A stretch of DNA of 64,000 bases, taken from assembly GCF_009914755.1 (NCBI RefSeq), contig NC_060932.1; one strand, 5' to 3'. Source of the stretch: the human T2T-CHM13v2.0 reference genome, Homo sapiens. Numbering within the stretch: position 1 is the first letter of the stretch; every line of letters starts with the position of its first letter. The notes beneath the pieces are model-generated. The model saw only the letters and a program-made list of their open reading frames with translations, was not told the DNA's origin and made no database searches. Of this stretch, positions 14,095-28,302 are shown piece by piece. The position numbers and the translations under genes were made by a program.

Positions 14095-14190
14095 CCTTAG
14101 TGAAGAATTGAAAATGCATTATCCAGATTTCCCTGATGTGAGTTCTGGGGTTTATGTATGTAAAGTGGTTGAAGGAACAGCTGCTCAAAG
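14095..14190 (+). CDS. HTRA4: HTRA4 exon 8
   Basis: LSEELKMHYPDFPDVSSGVYVCKVVEGTAAQ. Confidence 0.94.
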
Positions 14191-14272
14191 GTAAGAGAAG
14201 TGAAGGCCTTTGTCATCTACCTTTGCTTTTTCTAAATGTGTGCCATGGTAAAATGCATGGGGGATCCAGACT

Positions 14273-14926
<654 letters not shown>

Positions 14927-15116
14927 TTCAGACTTGGGTACTTATAAAGGCTTTTTTTGTATTTTGGGAGGGAGGTGGTTCTCTATAGTCTAAGAAGAGC
15001 TCATGTTATGAGTTAATAGCATAAGTTTAAATTAATTTGGCTAGGAATTCCCAAATCTACCCTTTCAACATTAATAGTTATTACTTAATAACTATTAAGT
15101 GATTAACACCTATTAG

Positions 15117-16082
<966 letters not shown>

Positions 16083-16249
16083 CTACACCAAAACCTCACA
16101 AAACCTACATTTTTCTTTGAACTCTGAATGACAATATCAGAGGCCAGCGCTAAGACCTGTGTAATAAAGCAAAGGCTAGGACAGCTTCCAAAAGAAGGTT
16201 CTCCAGCTGATTTCACTGTTGTTTCAAAACATTTAATACTAAGTACTGA

Positions 16250-16599
<350 letters not shown>

Positions 16600-16859
16600 C
16601 TGTACTTCTTTATTATCCCTTTCTCATTGTTTTTATTTTTCAAGAGCTCAGTAATCTGTTTAGATTATGGCACCACTTTCACTGGGGCTTTCCCCCTAGT
16701 GAAATCAGAGGGCACTGTTCAGCACAGCAGTCATAGGTCTCATGTTACTAAATTTGGCTTGTCCCTGGTTTCTCTGGACTTTTCTCATTCCTGCTCTGCT
16801 CCACTCTTCCCCCATTTCCTTAAGTTCTGGTTCAAGACCAAAGCTATTTCTTTCGGCTA

Positions 16860-17030
16860 AGTCCTTGCTACTCAGAATGTGGTCTGTAGACCAGCGTCAT
16901 TAGCTCAGCTGGGGCTTGTTGGAAAGGCAGAATCCCAGGTCCCACCTTTGATCCACTGAATCGGAATCTGTGTGTTTAACAAGATCCCCAGGTGATTCAT
17001 GTGTATGTTAAAATGTGAAAATTAGTGCTG
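16860..17030. mobile_element. MER5-type hAT element
   Basis: tactcagaatgtggtc..gaatctg..aacaagatccccaggtgattc. Confidence 0.65.
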
Positions 17031-17054
17031 GAAGTTGCTGATAAACAGAAATCA

Positions 17055-17309
17055 GGACTGGGCATGGTGGCTCATGCCATGATGTGGGAGGATCATTTGA
17101 AACCAGGAGTTTGAGACCAGCCTGAGCAACATAGTTTCTAAAGACAAATAAATAAAATAAACAAAATCAGCTGGGTGTGGTGGCAGGTGCCTGTAGGGAG
17201 GCTGAGGCAGGAGGATCATGTGAGCCCAGGAGTTTGAGGCTGCAGTGAGCCATGACTGCACCACTGTATTCCAGCCTGGGTAAGAGAGTGAGAACCTGTC
17301 TCAAACAAA
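17055..17309 (+). mobile_element. AluJ (deleted)
   Basis: Diverged dimer with deletions. Confidence 0.8.
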
Positions 17310-17355
17310 TCTATTCTTTCTGGCTTTCACTGACTTATACCTAATATAATGATAA

Positions 17356-17709
<354 letters not shown>

Positions 17710-19077
17710 TATTTGAAGTGTTTTATACACCTGTTTGTGCTCCCAACATTTTATGATATAGGTATTATTTTATAGAGGAAGCAGCTGTGGTACAAAGAGG
17801 TTCATTAACTTGTAGAACGCAGTAAATCAGAGAGCAGAGAGCAGGGATGTGGGCCCTGGCTGAACCCTTCTATTATCCTGCTTTGGTGGCTGCTTTTCTG
17901 TTTCTGACAGGCAGAGTGATTTAGTGGCAAGAAGATGGGTTCCCAAGTCTGAAAGACCCAGGATGAAATCCCTCTCACAAGTTGCATGACACAGAAAAAG
18001 GTCATTTGTCCTGTCTGAGCCATAGTTCCTCATATTTGGTGCATAGGTTATTAGTAATAATTTGCAGGTTTCTTTTTCTCTTTTCTGACTCACAGGACTA
18101 GTATGAATTAAGTTCTCTATAAGTTCTTTCTTTGTACTCACTGGTCCTAAGTCATCCTCCTAAACTGTCTTTGTTCTAAGGTTATTTCTTGATTTTAGTT
18201 TTATACTTAAGCGTCTCTTCATATCCTCTTGCGTTAAGCTTCTTCTTTTTAAACTCCACATATCTTGATGATCAAACCACATTATCATTCTTCCTTGAGC
18301 TTCCCATTTCTATCAAGTGGTGTCTCCTGGAGTCATTTGCTGTTCCTTTTTCAGCCTATTTTCACCAAATCACTGGCATGGCTATTTCTGTATTGTAGTG
18401 TTTTGTATTTGGAGCTGGTTTTTGCTTCTAGAATATATACTCTATGTGAAGCAATTATGTTGAAGGCAATAAAGTCACAACTTTGGAGAAAAGGAGCCTA
18501 GAGCCAGAGCTGGAAATATTTAGACTCAGAAGGTTGGCGGGTTTTTGATTTAGTGGAAGCAGAATTCCTATAATGCAGCTCAGCATCCTTCCCAGCTCCA
18601 TAAGCTGGGGCGGGGGGGTGGGGTGGGGTGGGAAAGACAGGCAAGTGAGTGGGCTGCCAGAATCAAACTGAGCCGAGTTTAAGTGTCTGGGAGAAAACAT
18701 ATTGCTTGGGCTTTTCACTTTGGCTGCTGAGGCTGGGAGCATGTTTGAAGTTCACAGAGGTCAGGGGTTGATAGAAATTAAAAGCTAAACTCCCCCTTCC
18801 AAACCAACTCCCCAAAATGGGAGGAGTAAACTTCTCACATGATTCTGATAGGAAATTAATTTTATAAAGGTAAATAAGACAGTTGTCCTCTAGGTGACTT
18901 TTTTGCAGCATATTTTAGAATAGCTTTATGATTTGGAAGGATTGAGGCTATTTTCTCGTTTGTATGCTTAATGCCAGCAAAATAGTGCCATTAAGACAGA
19001 AATATTAAATTATAGATGGGGATAAGTAAAATTCTTGTTATAGTTTCATGATCCTCTTTTTTTTCTCCCTCTCTCAG

Positions 19078-19240
19078 CTCTGGATTGAGAGATCACGATG
19101 TAATTGTCAACATAAATGGGAAACCTATTACTACTACAACTGATGTTGTTAAAGCTCTTGACAGTGATTCCCTTTCCATGGCTGTTCTTCGGGGAAAAGA
19201 TAATTTGCTCCTGACAGTCATACCTGAAACAATCAATTAA
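19078..19240 (+). CDS. HTRA4: HTRA4 exon 9 (PDZ end, stop)
   Basis: SGLRDHDVIVNINGKPI...LLLTVIPETIN*; TAA at 19238-19240. Confidence 0.95.
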
Positions 19241-19369
19241 ATATCTTGTTTTAAAGTGGGATTATCTAAAAAAAAAAAAACCAGTTATATCACGTGGTTT
19301 GTATTGGAGATGTGCCAAACATGGCAAGAAGTTTTTGGATCTTTTTCTTACAAAGAAAAATGGATGGTT

Positions 19370-19793
19370 ATCAACCCAAATGCCCATCAATGACAGACTG
19401 GATAAAGCAAATGTGGTACATATACACCATGGAATACTATGCAGCCATAAAAAGCAACAGTCCTCTGCAGGGACATGGATGGAGCTGGAAACCATTATCC
19501 TCAGCAAACTAACGCAGGAACAGAAAACCAAATACTGCATGTTCTCACTTATAAGTGGGAGCTGAACAATGAGAACACATGAACATAGGGAGGGGAACAA
19601 CACACACTGGGGCCTGGCAGTGGGTAGGGTAGAGGGAGGGAGAGCATTAGCAAAAATAGCTAATGCATGCTGGGCTTAACACCCAGGTGATGGGTTGATT
19701 GATAGGTGCAGCAAACCATCATGGCACACATTTACCTATGAAACAAACCTGCACATCCTGCATATGTACCTCAGAACTTAAAAATAAAAATAA
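19370..19793 (+). mobile_element. L1PA-type 3' fragment in HTRA4 3'UTR
   Basis: ORF2 end (YTMEYYAAIK) plus L1 3'UTR and A tail; TSD AAAGAAAAATGG at 19352-19363 and 19794-19805. Confidence 0.88.
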
Positions 19794-19794
19794 A
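19783..19794 (+). terminator. Probable HTRA4 poly(A) signals inside an L1 tail
   Basis: Tandem AATAAA AATAAA; ATTAAA also at 19824-19829. Confidence 0.55.
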
Positions 19795-19969
19795 AAGAAA
19801 AATGGTAATGTTGTGAGATTACAATTAAAAAATAAGAAAAATGGAGTTTGAAACACATATACACATTCAGGGATCATTAGGTTGGGGTACTATACTGTTG
19901 CTAAGATGCCTGACTATGTCAAGTGGAAGAAGAACACAGTGCCAGGAAATCTGGGGGAACTGATAACAT

Positions 19970-19975
19970 TTTATT
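19970..19975 (-). terminator. Probable TM2D2 distal poly(A) signal
   Basis: TTTATT on + (AATAAA on -) about 2.5 kb past the TM2D2 stop. Confidence 0.55.
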
Positions 19976-20429
19976 AAAGGCAAGAAACAACTAAAAGGCA
20001 GGCAGCTTCTAATTTAACCTTGAGGGAAGGACACTGTAGTATTTTAAACCTTCTCTATAGCCATAAACTAGATATAACACACACATATACAAATGGATCT
20101 GTCTACCAAAATTTAAGAAACAACCTGAATAAAGTGCAAAGGCAATCAATTGTTAAATAGTACTCCTTTAGTCCATCAGGTTTTCAGGTTGTATCACATT
20201 TGGCCAGGTTTGTGGGCAGATGGATGATGGGTGTCATTTACAAGTCAAATGAAAACCAGTAATTTTGGATTGTCACATAGGAATACTGATGATTCTCAAA
20301 TTACCACTCTAGCAGCGAGAACAACTTCTTTTGTCTCCAGCAGCTTTACTGACAGTAAGAAGGGCATCTTCAGTAGTTTCTAGTCTTTTAGCCCTTCAAC
20401 CAAGCTCTTACCCCTGGCAACATAAATGA

Positions 20430-20855
<426 letters not shown>

Positions 20856-22473
20856 TGAAAAGTAGCATCTTATTTTGGGTAATATTATAATTTATGTTTT
20901 TTAGACTTCCCTTAGAAATTTTTTTAAAATATACATATGGCATCCTTGAACTCCCTTAAACTCTTTTATTTGTATAAATTTATAGGGTACCAGTACAATT
21001 TTATTTCATGCATAAATTGTGTAGATGAACCCAAGTTCTATGTAAATTCTGTGTATGTAGATTTTTCTGGGGAGAGGGTCTAGTTTCTTCATGACCCATA
21101 AAAATTTAATAAATACTATCTTAGGGTATAAAGATTATGAATTAAAAGTTTACCAATTGTTATGTTATAAGCAAGGTTAAGGTCAGTGTGGTACAGAACT
21201 TTCAAGACAGAATAGGATCATCTGTTTTAAATTTTTTACAGAAAATTGCCACCTTTAATAATGTAAAAACAGTGATTAATCAGGAATGATAAAGCAAGAA
21301 ATTCTTAGGAAAGCTACAAAATGATAGAATGTATCCAGGGAAGTTATTTCAACTGTGATATTTGGTCTTAAATTCAATTATTATTAGGTAAACTGAGTGA
21401 GTTCTACCTTGTTTCTAGAATTTGTAAGTTATTCTGAGTAAAGCCTCTTCCATTGACTTGGCCACATTGCCCACCTTTGATTTTATATTTAATAGTTCTT
21501 TCAACTTAGATTGCAAACGATGAGAACTGAGTTTTTAAAACCACTTACAATCTGGAACATTTCCTTTTATTCCTGGTGACCGGGGAATGCAGAGGTGTGG
21601 CTGTTATCTCTTTCTGACTGCTGCAGCCCACAGGGAGAGCTAATCATGAAGAATAGTTTTACAGAAACTTGTATGAAATCTTAATTTTATTAGCATGGGC
21701 TGGTAAACGCTGATTTTTAGATTGGACAATTCTGCCAGGAGGAATAGCTCAACTCACACATCTGATGCCGCTGGCTTTCAAAACATAAGTGGAATGAAAA
21801 AATTATTGCACTGCATATACTGCCTCTGGAACATAATGGAGACAAAAGAGGGCTTAATAGGATGGCTCATTTCAAATGACTAGGTTTCTGCAAAACAAAT
21901 ATAATTTTGAGTTTATTCCCCCTACTGAAAATACTCATACAGTACTCCAAGTTGGTAAAATTTATTCTACATTTAAATTCAGAAAGTCAGAATTTCAGTG
22001 TGTATTACAATCCACGGCCATTTCTATTTCTGCTGAAGATTTTCATTGTTCAGCTTCAGATCTCCTTGCATGAAGACTCAGGGTCACAAGAGGAACATGG
22101 ATCCAAATATTCATTTTGCTCAACTTGTTAGGTCCACTTGCTCCAAAGGACTGAAGATATAGCAATGTACAGAAAGGAAGACTATGGAAACCCATCCACA
22201 GCTTGTAAACTCGCCACTATCCTTTATGTTTTGTGCATGAGGAAAGGAACAAATTTGATTCCCCACAACACTTTTTGCTTGTCATTCCGTCTGCAAGGTA
22301 AAATCTGGGTTGAAATTCCAAAGTCCAAAGAAGCCTTCTTAACCAAACAAATGCCCTCCAAAAGAAGGAAAATAACATCAGGTCTGATATCAAAGAGGAG
22401 TTTTGAGCCTGTAGAGATGAATTCAGAAGACGGAGCTTTCACCCGCCTCCCTGGGCCATGATGGCAGCTCTTC

Positions 22474-22687
22474 TTAGTAAACAGTGCACCAGTTGCTGCC
22501 ATCACTTGGCATCAGCCCTCCAGTAATTAGCAAAATAAGGTCAACAAACCACCAAATCCCAAGTCCTCCAAGCGTCAACAGCTTCCCTACTGCAGTGCCA
22601 GTGTGTCCCAAACAGAATCGATCCACACCAAAACATCCCAGGAAGAAGGAGTAGAGTAAAGTGGTTATGAAGTAGTGTCCGGTATAC
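22474..22687 (-). CDS. TM2D2: TM2D2 exon 4 (TM2 domain)
   Basis: [70 protein letters not shown]. Confidence 0.95.
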
Positions 22688-22769
22688 CTAGGTGAAAGGA
22701 ATGAAAAGGAAGATGTTTTACTGCACGAAAATTTAAACCCTTAAGGATTAGTGAATTTAACGTAAGTGA

Positions 22770-23310
22770 TGAGACAGTGCAGTGGACCCTCTGTGGCCTT
22801 TTACCCTCCATTTTGTTTTCTTTTATGATATGGTCAGTGAGGTGAGAGGATCAGGAAAAACCAAAGTTTATTATACTCATAGGTCCCAGAGACAGGAGGC
22901 ACATCATGTTATACAAGGCTACCTGGCAAAGATACCAGGGTGGTTGGAAGATAGAAGGGAGGGGAAGGTTTTTGGCCACTATCTTCATTGGGGTTTCTGC
23001 AGGAAAGGCAAGACAGGGCAGGGCGAATAGTTTAGAACTGGCTAGTTTGAATAACCTCAGCAGGCTCTAAGCTATAGGAGTGGTCCCTGGTTGCCTGGCA
23101 CTTGGACCTGAGAAGACTAAGGCAGAGGAATATTATTTCCTGGGGTGTACAGGCCAGAAACAGAAGATATGTCTCTAGACTAGTTTGCATATCAAAGGCA
23201 TGCTGCTGGTTGGGCCCTTTGCTATCTCTAAGAAATGACTAGCTTCAGGAAGAGCAGTCTCTTCACAGCCAGAAAGGTTTTTAAGATGTCAAACATCATA
23301 ATGTACAATA
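22770..23310 (-). mobile_element. ERVL LTR, MER54-like
   Basis: ggctagtttgaataa..gctataggagtggtccc..tttgcatatcaaaggcatg..tttgctatctctaagaa motifs. Confidence 0.5.
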
Positions 23311-23326
23311 ATTTAAAAAACTTTTT

Positions 23327-23641
23327 GACCATGGTGGTGGCTGATGCCTATAATCCCGGCACTTTGGGAGGCCAAGATGAGAGGACCACTTGAGCCCAGG
23401 TGCTCCAGGCCAACCTAGGCAACATAGCGAGACCCTGTTTCTACCAAAAAAAAAAAAAAAAAAAAAAAAAAAGGCCAGGTGTGGTGGAGCACACCTGTAG
23501 TCCTAGTTACTCGGGAGGCTGAGGTAGGAGGATCGCTTGAGCCCAGGAGGTCGAGGCTGCAGTGAGCCCTGTTTGTCTGTTTGTGCCATTACACTCCAGC
23601 CTGGGCAATGGAACAAGACCCCATCTCCAAAAAAAAAAAAA
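23327..23641 (+). mobile_element. AluJ
   Basis: Dimer with expanded A linker. Confidence 0.85.
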
Positions 23642-24432
23642 TACGCATTTTTTTATAATACACCCTCTTCACCTTTACTTTACTCTCCTCTAAGAATCTC
23701 TAGTTGGTAGAGGGTCTCAACAGAATACTTGCTAAGATATGGAGCATCTCTAAGAACAAATACTGACTTTTGCAGAGTTGGATTGGACAAGAAGTCATCA
23801 AGCACATTTGCACAACAGGCACCATGGTAGGAGTAGGAGTCTGGGCTCCCATCCTCCTCTGTAGAGGCTCTTTTCCTGAGACTCAGCTGGCTTCCTGCAT
23901 GTAGTTCTCTAAGGAAGCACTGTTCTTAAATGAACACTTGATCTCCATACACTCTTTCCTGTTGTTTTGAGCAGCGAAAAGCGAGGACTTCTTCATAAGG
24001 CTCTGCCCTTATCCACTGTGCTGACACAGCTGCAGTTACCCTAATATTACTAATCATACTCATAGACTGTTTCCATTAGCAAACTGTACAAGGAAATTCT
24101 GTGCCTTCCTTTACCTTAATGATAAACTGATTTTCAGAGTGTGGAGCCTACACTTTTTATAATAAAACCTTTATTCCTGAAATACTAGGGCAATTTGCAC
24201 AAGATTTATATCTATTGTAGGAATTTTGGGGCTAGATCATCTGGCCCAAAATTCTGTAGATAAGGGATAAACTGAGTGCCCACAGGCACTTAGCAAGTTA
24301 GAGAAAGAGACAGTTAGAACTTCACCTTCCGGGCTTAAGTCCAGAGTCCTCTCTACTATAAACATATTGCTTCTGTCAATGAATTATGCACAATGGTAGC
24401 CATAGACCCTCTTTGGTGCTTAAAAAAAGTCA

Positions 24433-24624
<192 letters not shown>

Positions 24625-24686
24625 GACAAGGAAAATGGCTCTACCTCCAACCAAGTACCAACTACTCCAATCAAAGTAACACTTAC

Positions 24687-24802
24687 TTTATACAAGGTTT
24701 ATTTTCTCGTAGAAAGGTCCTAGGACTGGCACACTCAATTCCATCTAAGGCATGGCACTGGACTGAAGTGTGTTCCACGTCGCTGTAGGCCTGACCGCCG
24801 AA
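24687..24802 (-). CDS. TM2D2: TM2D2 exon 3
   Basis: [38 protein letters not shown]; donor GTAAGT. Confidence 0.94.
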
Positions 24803-26459
24803 CTGTGGAATAACAACCAAGACCAAAACCAACTCACCAGAGCAAGTGACACAAACATCTATCTTTATATTCACTAATAACAGAATGAAAGCGGCCTCAG
24901 GACTACAATTATTCCAACAAGGTTGAGGTACAGCTGTGCTCAAGGGCAAGGAATTTAGTGACACACTTCTGAGTCCATCTTAAAGGTACACTGTCTTAAA
25001 TAAACTCCTGCTTTCTTCTTCATGACTGGCTTCTTCAATAATATAGTAAAAAAAACCCCCAAACACACTCAGTGTCATTAAAGGCCATTTAGAAGAGATG
25101 AACACAATGCTTTACTTATCTTTACTTATAAGCATATGTATATGCTTATACATATTTATATGTATAAGCTTATACATATTTACAGGAAAAAGAGCATATA
25201 ACTGAGCATTTGGGAGTGGGTATTTAAAAAGTCACTGCCTATTAGAGGTCTCTTTTATATCTATTAAAAATGAATAGAATTAGGAAAGAACTCAGGATAT
25301 TATCTGACTCAGGACTTTATTTAGGTCATAAATGTGTATTACCTGATATCTGTGGGACACCTGTTAAGTTTAAATTCCAGCCAAAAATTTCAGAACTGGG
25401 CCTCTTACCATTGCTTAACTGAATTCTAGCCAAGAAATCACAGATATTCATTTTTTACTGGTACCTTATATCAGTGCTTATTACTATTTTCATTGGCGAG
25501 TTCCTCAAAGGGAAGGGACTGGGAAATAAGAATGCTTACAGGATAAACTCAATTTTTAATTAAAATGGGCAAAAGTGATCTCTATACAATATTAACTCAA
25601 ACTTTAATCAATAATTATCAACAGAGTAAAATTTCATTGTCTTAAATATTTATCTATACATGATTTCAGTAAGAGTTGCCCTTTTAGTCTTATTACTGTC
25701 AGGTTTATTCCTCTGTGTCTGATTTAGTACAAAACATGCCTTCCCATCATTCTCTTAACATCTGACCAAATCTTGACTTGCATTATGTGGCATAATAGGA
25801 TGGCGAGTCCATGGTGGGGAGGAGATACATGAACTTCATTGGTTATTTTGAGAGATTGATTAGGAACTGTACACTCAGCTTTAGGGATATTACTAATAAA
25901 CCTTAATAGCGTTTTTCCATTCCAAGAAGCCACTGTTAACCAATGGCTTCCGCTGGAACGCTTTAATGTCCTACAAAGACATATACCGGTAGACTCTATC
26001 TGTCTCCTACGGACATGGTGGAACCTGTTTGCCTGGAGAAAAGAAATGTCATTGGCAAGAAAAGCTCTGCCCCAAATGCATGTGTAACAAAGATACTGCC
26101 CAATCCATCACCAGTGTTGCAAAGTGCACAGACTTCCTTTTGCTCTTTCAGGAAAGGTTCATGCCTTGAAGGAGAGTCAGGGGTGACATTTTAGTTTCAA
26201 AATCTGTCAGTGGCCAAAGGAACCAAAGACAGGTTGGTCTTTGCACCTGGGTGGTTTTAGCACAGAGATTGCTCCTTCATAAGGAAACCAAATATCTTGT
26301 TCAGTCACTGACCCTGGCCATACTGGAAATTTCCAGTAACGGTCTTTCTGAGGAAATTCTTCAAAAAACTTTGTACCTCTTATACTTTTATGTAATAGCA
26401 TTCAGACATTCCTATTTCGTTATCGAAGGGTTTGCTCTTACGACAAAACAAAAACTCAC

Positions 26460-26547
26460 CTTGAGACAACCATAACCAAGTTCCTGGGATGCAGTTGCAT
26501 TTCCAACATGATCCACTGGGTCTTCACATTCTATAAATTCATCAGGT
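26460..26547 (-). CDS. TM2D2: TM2D2 exon 2
   Basis: [29 protein letters not shown]; donor GTGAGT. Confidence 0.94.
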
Positions 26548-27354
26548 CTGTAATTCACCAGTAAGATCATGATCATCATCATACGGTCTTTGCAAATCGC
26601 TGTTTGCATGCACGTAATCAAAACGGGCAAAAGACATTTCTTCATCAAGTTTTCTGGGGTTCGGTTTCACCCTGCTGACCCCTTTCCAAGCCAATTAAAC
26701 TGAAGCACAGCAGGTCAAACGGACAGCCACCAAAATGAACCTTTTGTTGGAGAAGGGAGGTGTTTCTGGTCCTGTTTCTATAAGGATTCTACTTCTGCCA
26801 TGGTTTCATCTCTTCAGTAGGCAAACAACAAGATTCTGGGGGCAAAATTTAAGCCAAAGTATTCTCAGTCCTCTTTGCATTTCCCAAATGCCTTTTCTTG
26901 TTTGATCAAAAAGAGATGTTAAAAAATGGCGTGATTCTGCAACGGTAAGAATATTGATTGCTTTTTTAAAAGATGCCTTGTAGGCAGAGACAAGTCATTT
27001 ACTCCATTTATGCCTTACTCAGTACTGGCACCGAATCGACCGACTAATACTCTCCTTGGGCTAAAGGGCGCAGGGCAAAGAAAGCACAACCTTACGCCCT
27101 TCTTCCAGAGGCTATATGATGTTACTCCTACCCAGTTTTCCTCTTTGGGGATCTCAAAGCCTCTGTCACTGACACACAAGAGTTTTCTCTGCACGGGCTG
27201 TGAGAAACCTGGTTCATGATATTTGCCTCCGGAACGACCTCAGAGAGGCAGGGTCTGAAAAAATGCAGCGTCCCCCCAACCCTGCCTTCCCTTAACACCC
27301 ATATATTCCTGGCACACCCTCCACGTCCACCCGCCTCGACCACTGGTAGCTTAC

Positions 27355-27581
27355 AGGTAAGAGCAGAGGATGACCGGAGAGTGGGGGTCGCCATATTCCC
27401 AGCTCGCAGCACCCCCGGGGCCCTCCGGCTGGGCGGCGCCAGCGGATGTGAGCTCAGGCTCAGCGGTCGCATTTTGCGAGTGGCTCCGAGACACACAATG
27501 CAGCAGAAGTAAATTCCCCAGCAGCAAAGCCGCCTGGCCGCACAGAAGTAAGTAACTAACCGGGCAACCACCTAGCACCAT
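27355..27581 (-). CDS. TM2D2: TM2D2 exon 1
   Basis: [29 protein letters not shown]...PVILCSY; donor GTAAGC. Confidence 0.94.
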
Positions 27582-28205
27582 CTTCCCGGGCACAGGAGCG
27601 GAGACCCGGCCTCAACCACAACCCCAGGCCAGCAGCACAGACCCAAGAACTGCGTGGTCAGGCCTTTCCGCGTAGCCCCGCCCGCGTAGCCCCGCCAAAC
27701 AGCCAATGGACGCGCAGCTCGACGCTCCGCGCACCTCCGCCAACCAACTAGAAAAGGTCGAGCAGACGGGCGGGGCTACTCCGCCCTCTGCTTCTGCTTC
27801 TCGATTCCTCTTCTGGGTCTCATGCTCCTCCTTCTTTTGCGCCGAATGCGTTCTCCAATCGGATCCGTCGACCCCCCTAGGTGGGCGTGCCCGGCAGCCG
27901 ACGGGGCGGGGCGGATATGACTGGCGGGCCGACTAGTGCTGGTTGCCACCGCCGGTTTAGAAATCCTATTCTCGCGCCGGGGACTGGATTTTTCCCTACG
28001 TCAGCGCAGCTAGGCGATGTCGGGAGCGAGCTCGGACCGAGGGCTCAGTTGCGTCAGTGCCGCGCGCGTGCTCGTCGGGCGCGCGTGCTCGTCGGGCGCG
28101 CGCGCTTCCCGGCCAGACTTGGGGCCCCGGCAGGGTTGGAAAATGATGGAAGAGGCGGAGGTGGAGGCGACCGAGTGCTGAGAGGAACCTGCGGAATCGG
28201 CCGAG

Positions 28206-28302
28206 ATGGGGTCTGGCGCGCGCTTTCCCTCGGGGACCCTTCGTGTCCGGTGGTTGCTGTTGCTTGGCCTGGTGGGCCCAGTCCTCGGTGCGGCGCGGCC
28301 AG
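28206..28302 (+). CDS. ADAM9: ADAM9 exon 1 (signal peptide)
   Basis: gagATGg Kozak; MGSGARFPSGTLRVRWLLLLGLVGPVLGAARP; donor GTGGGT. Confidence 0.95.
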
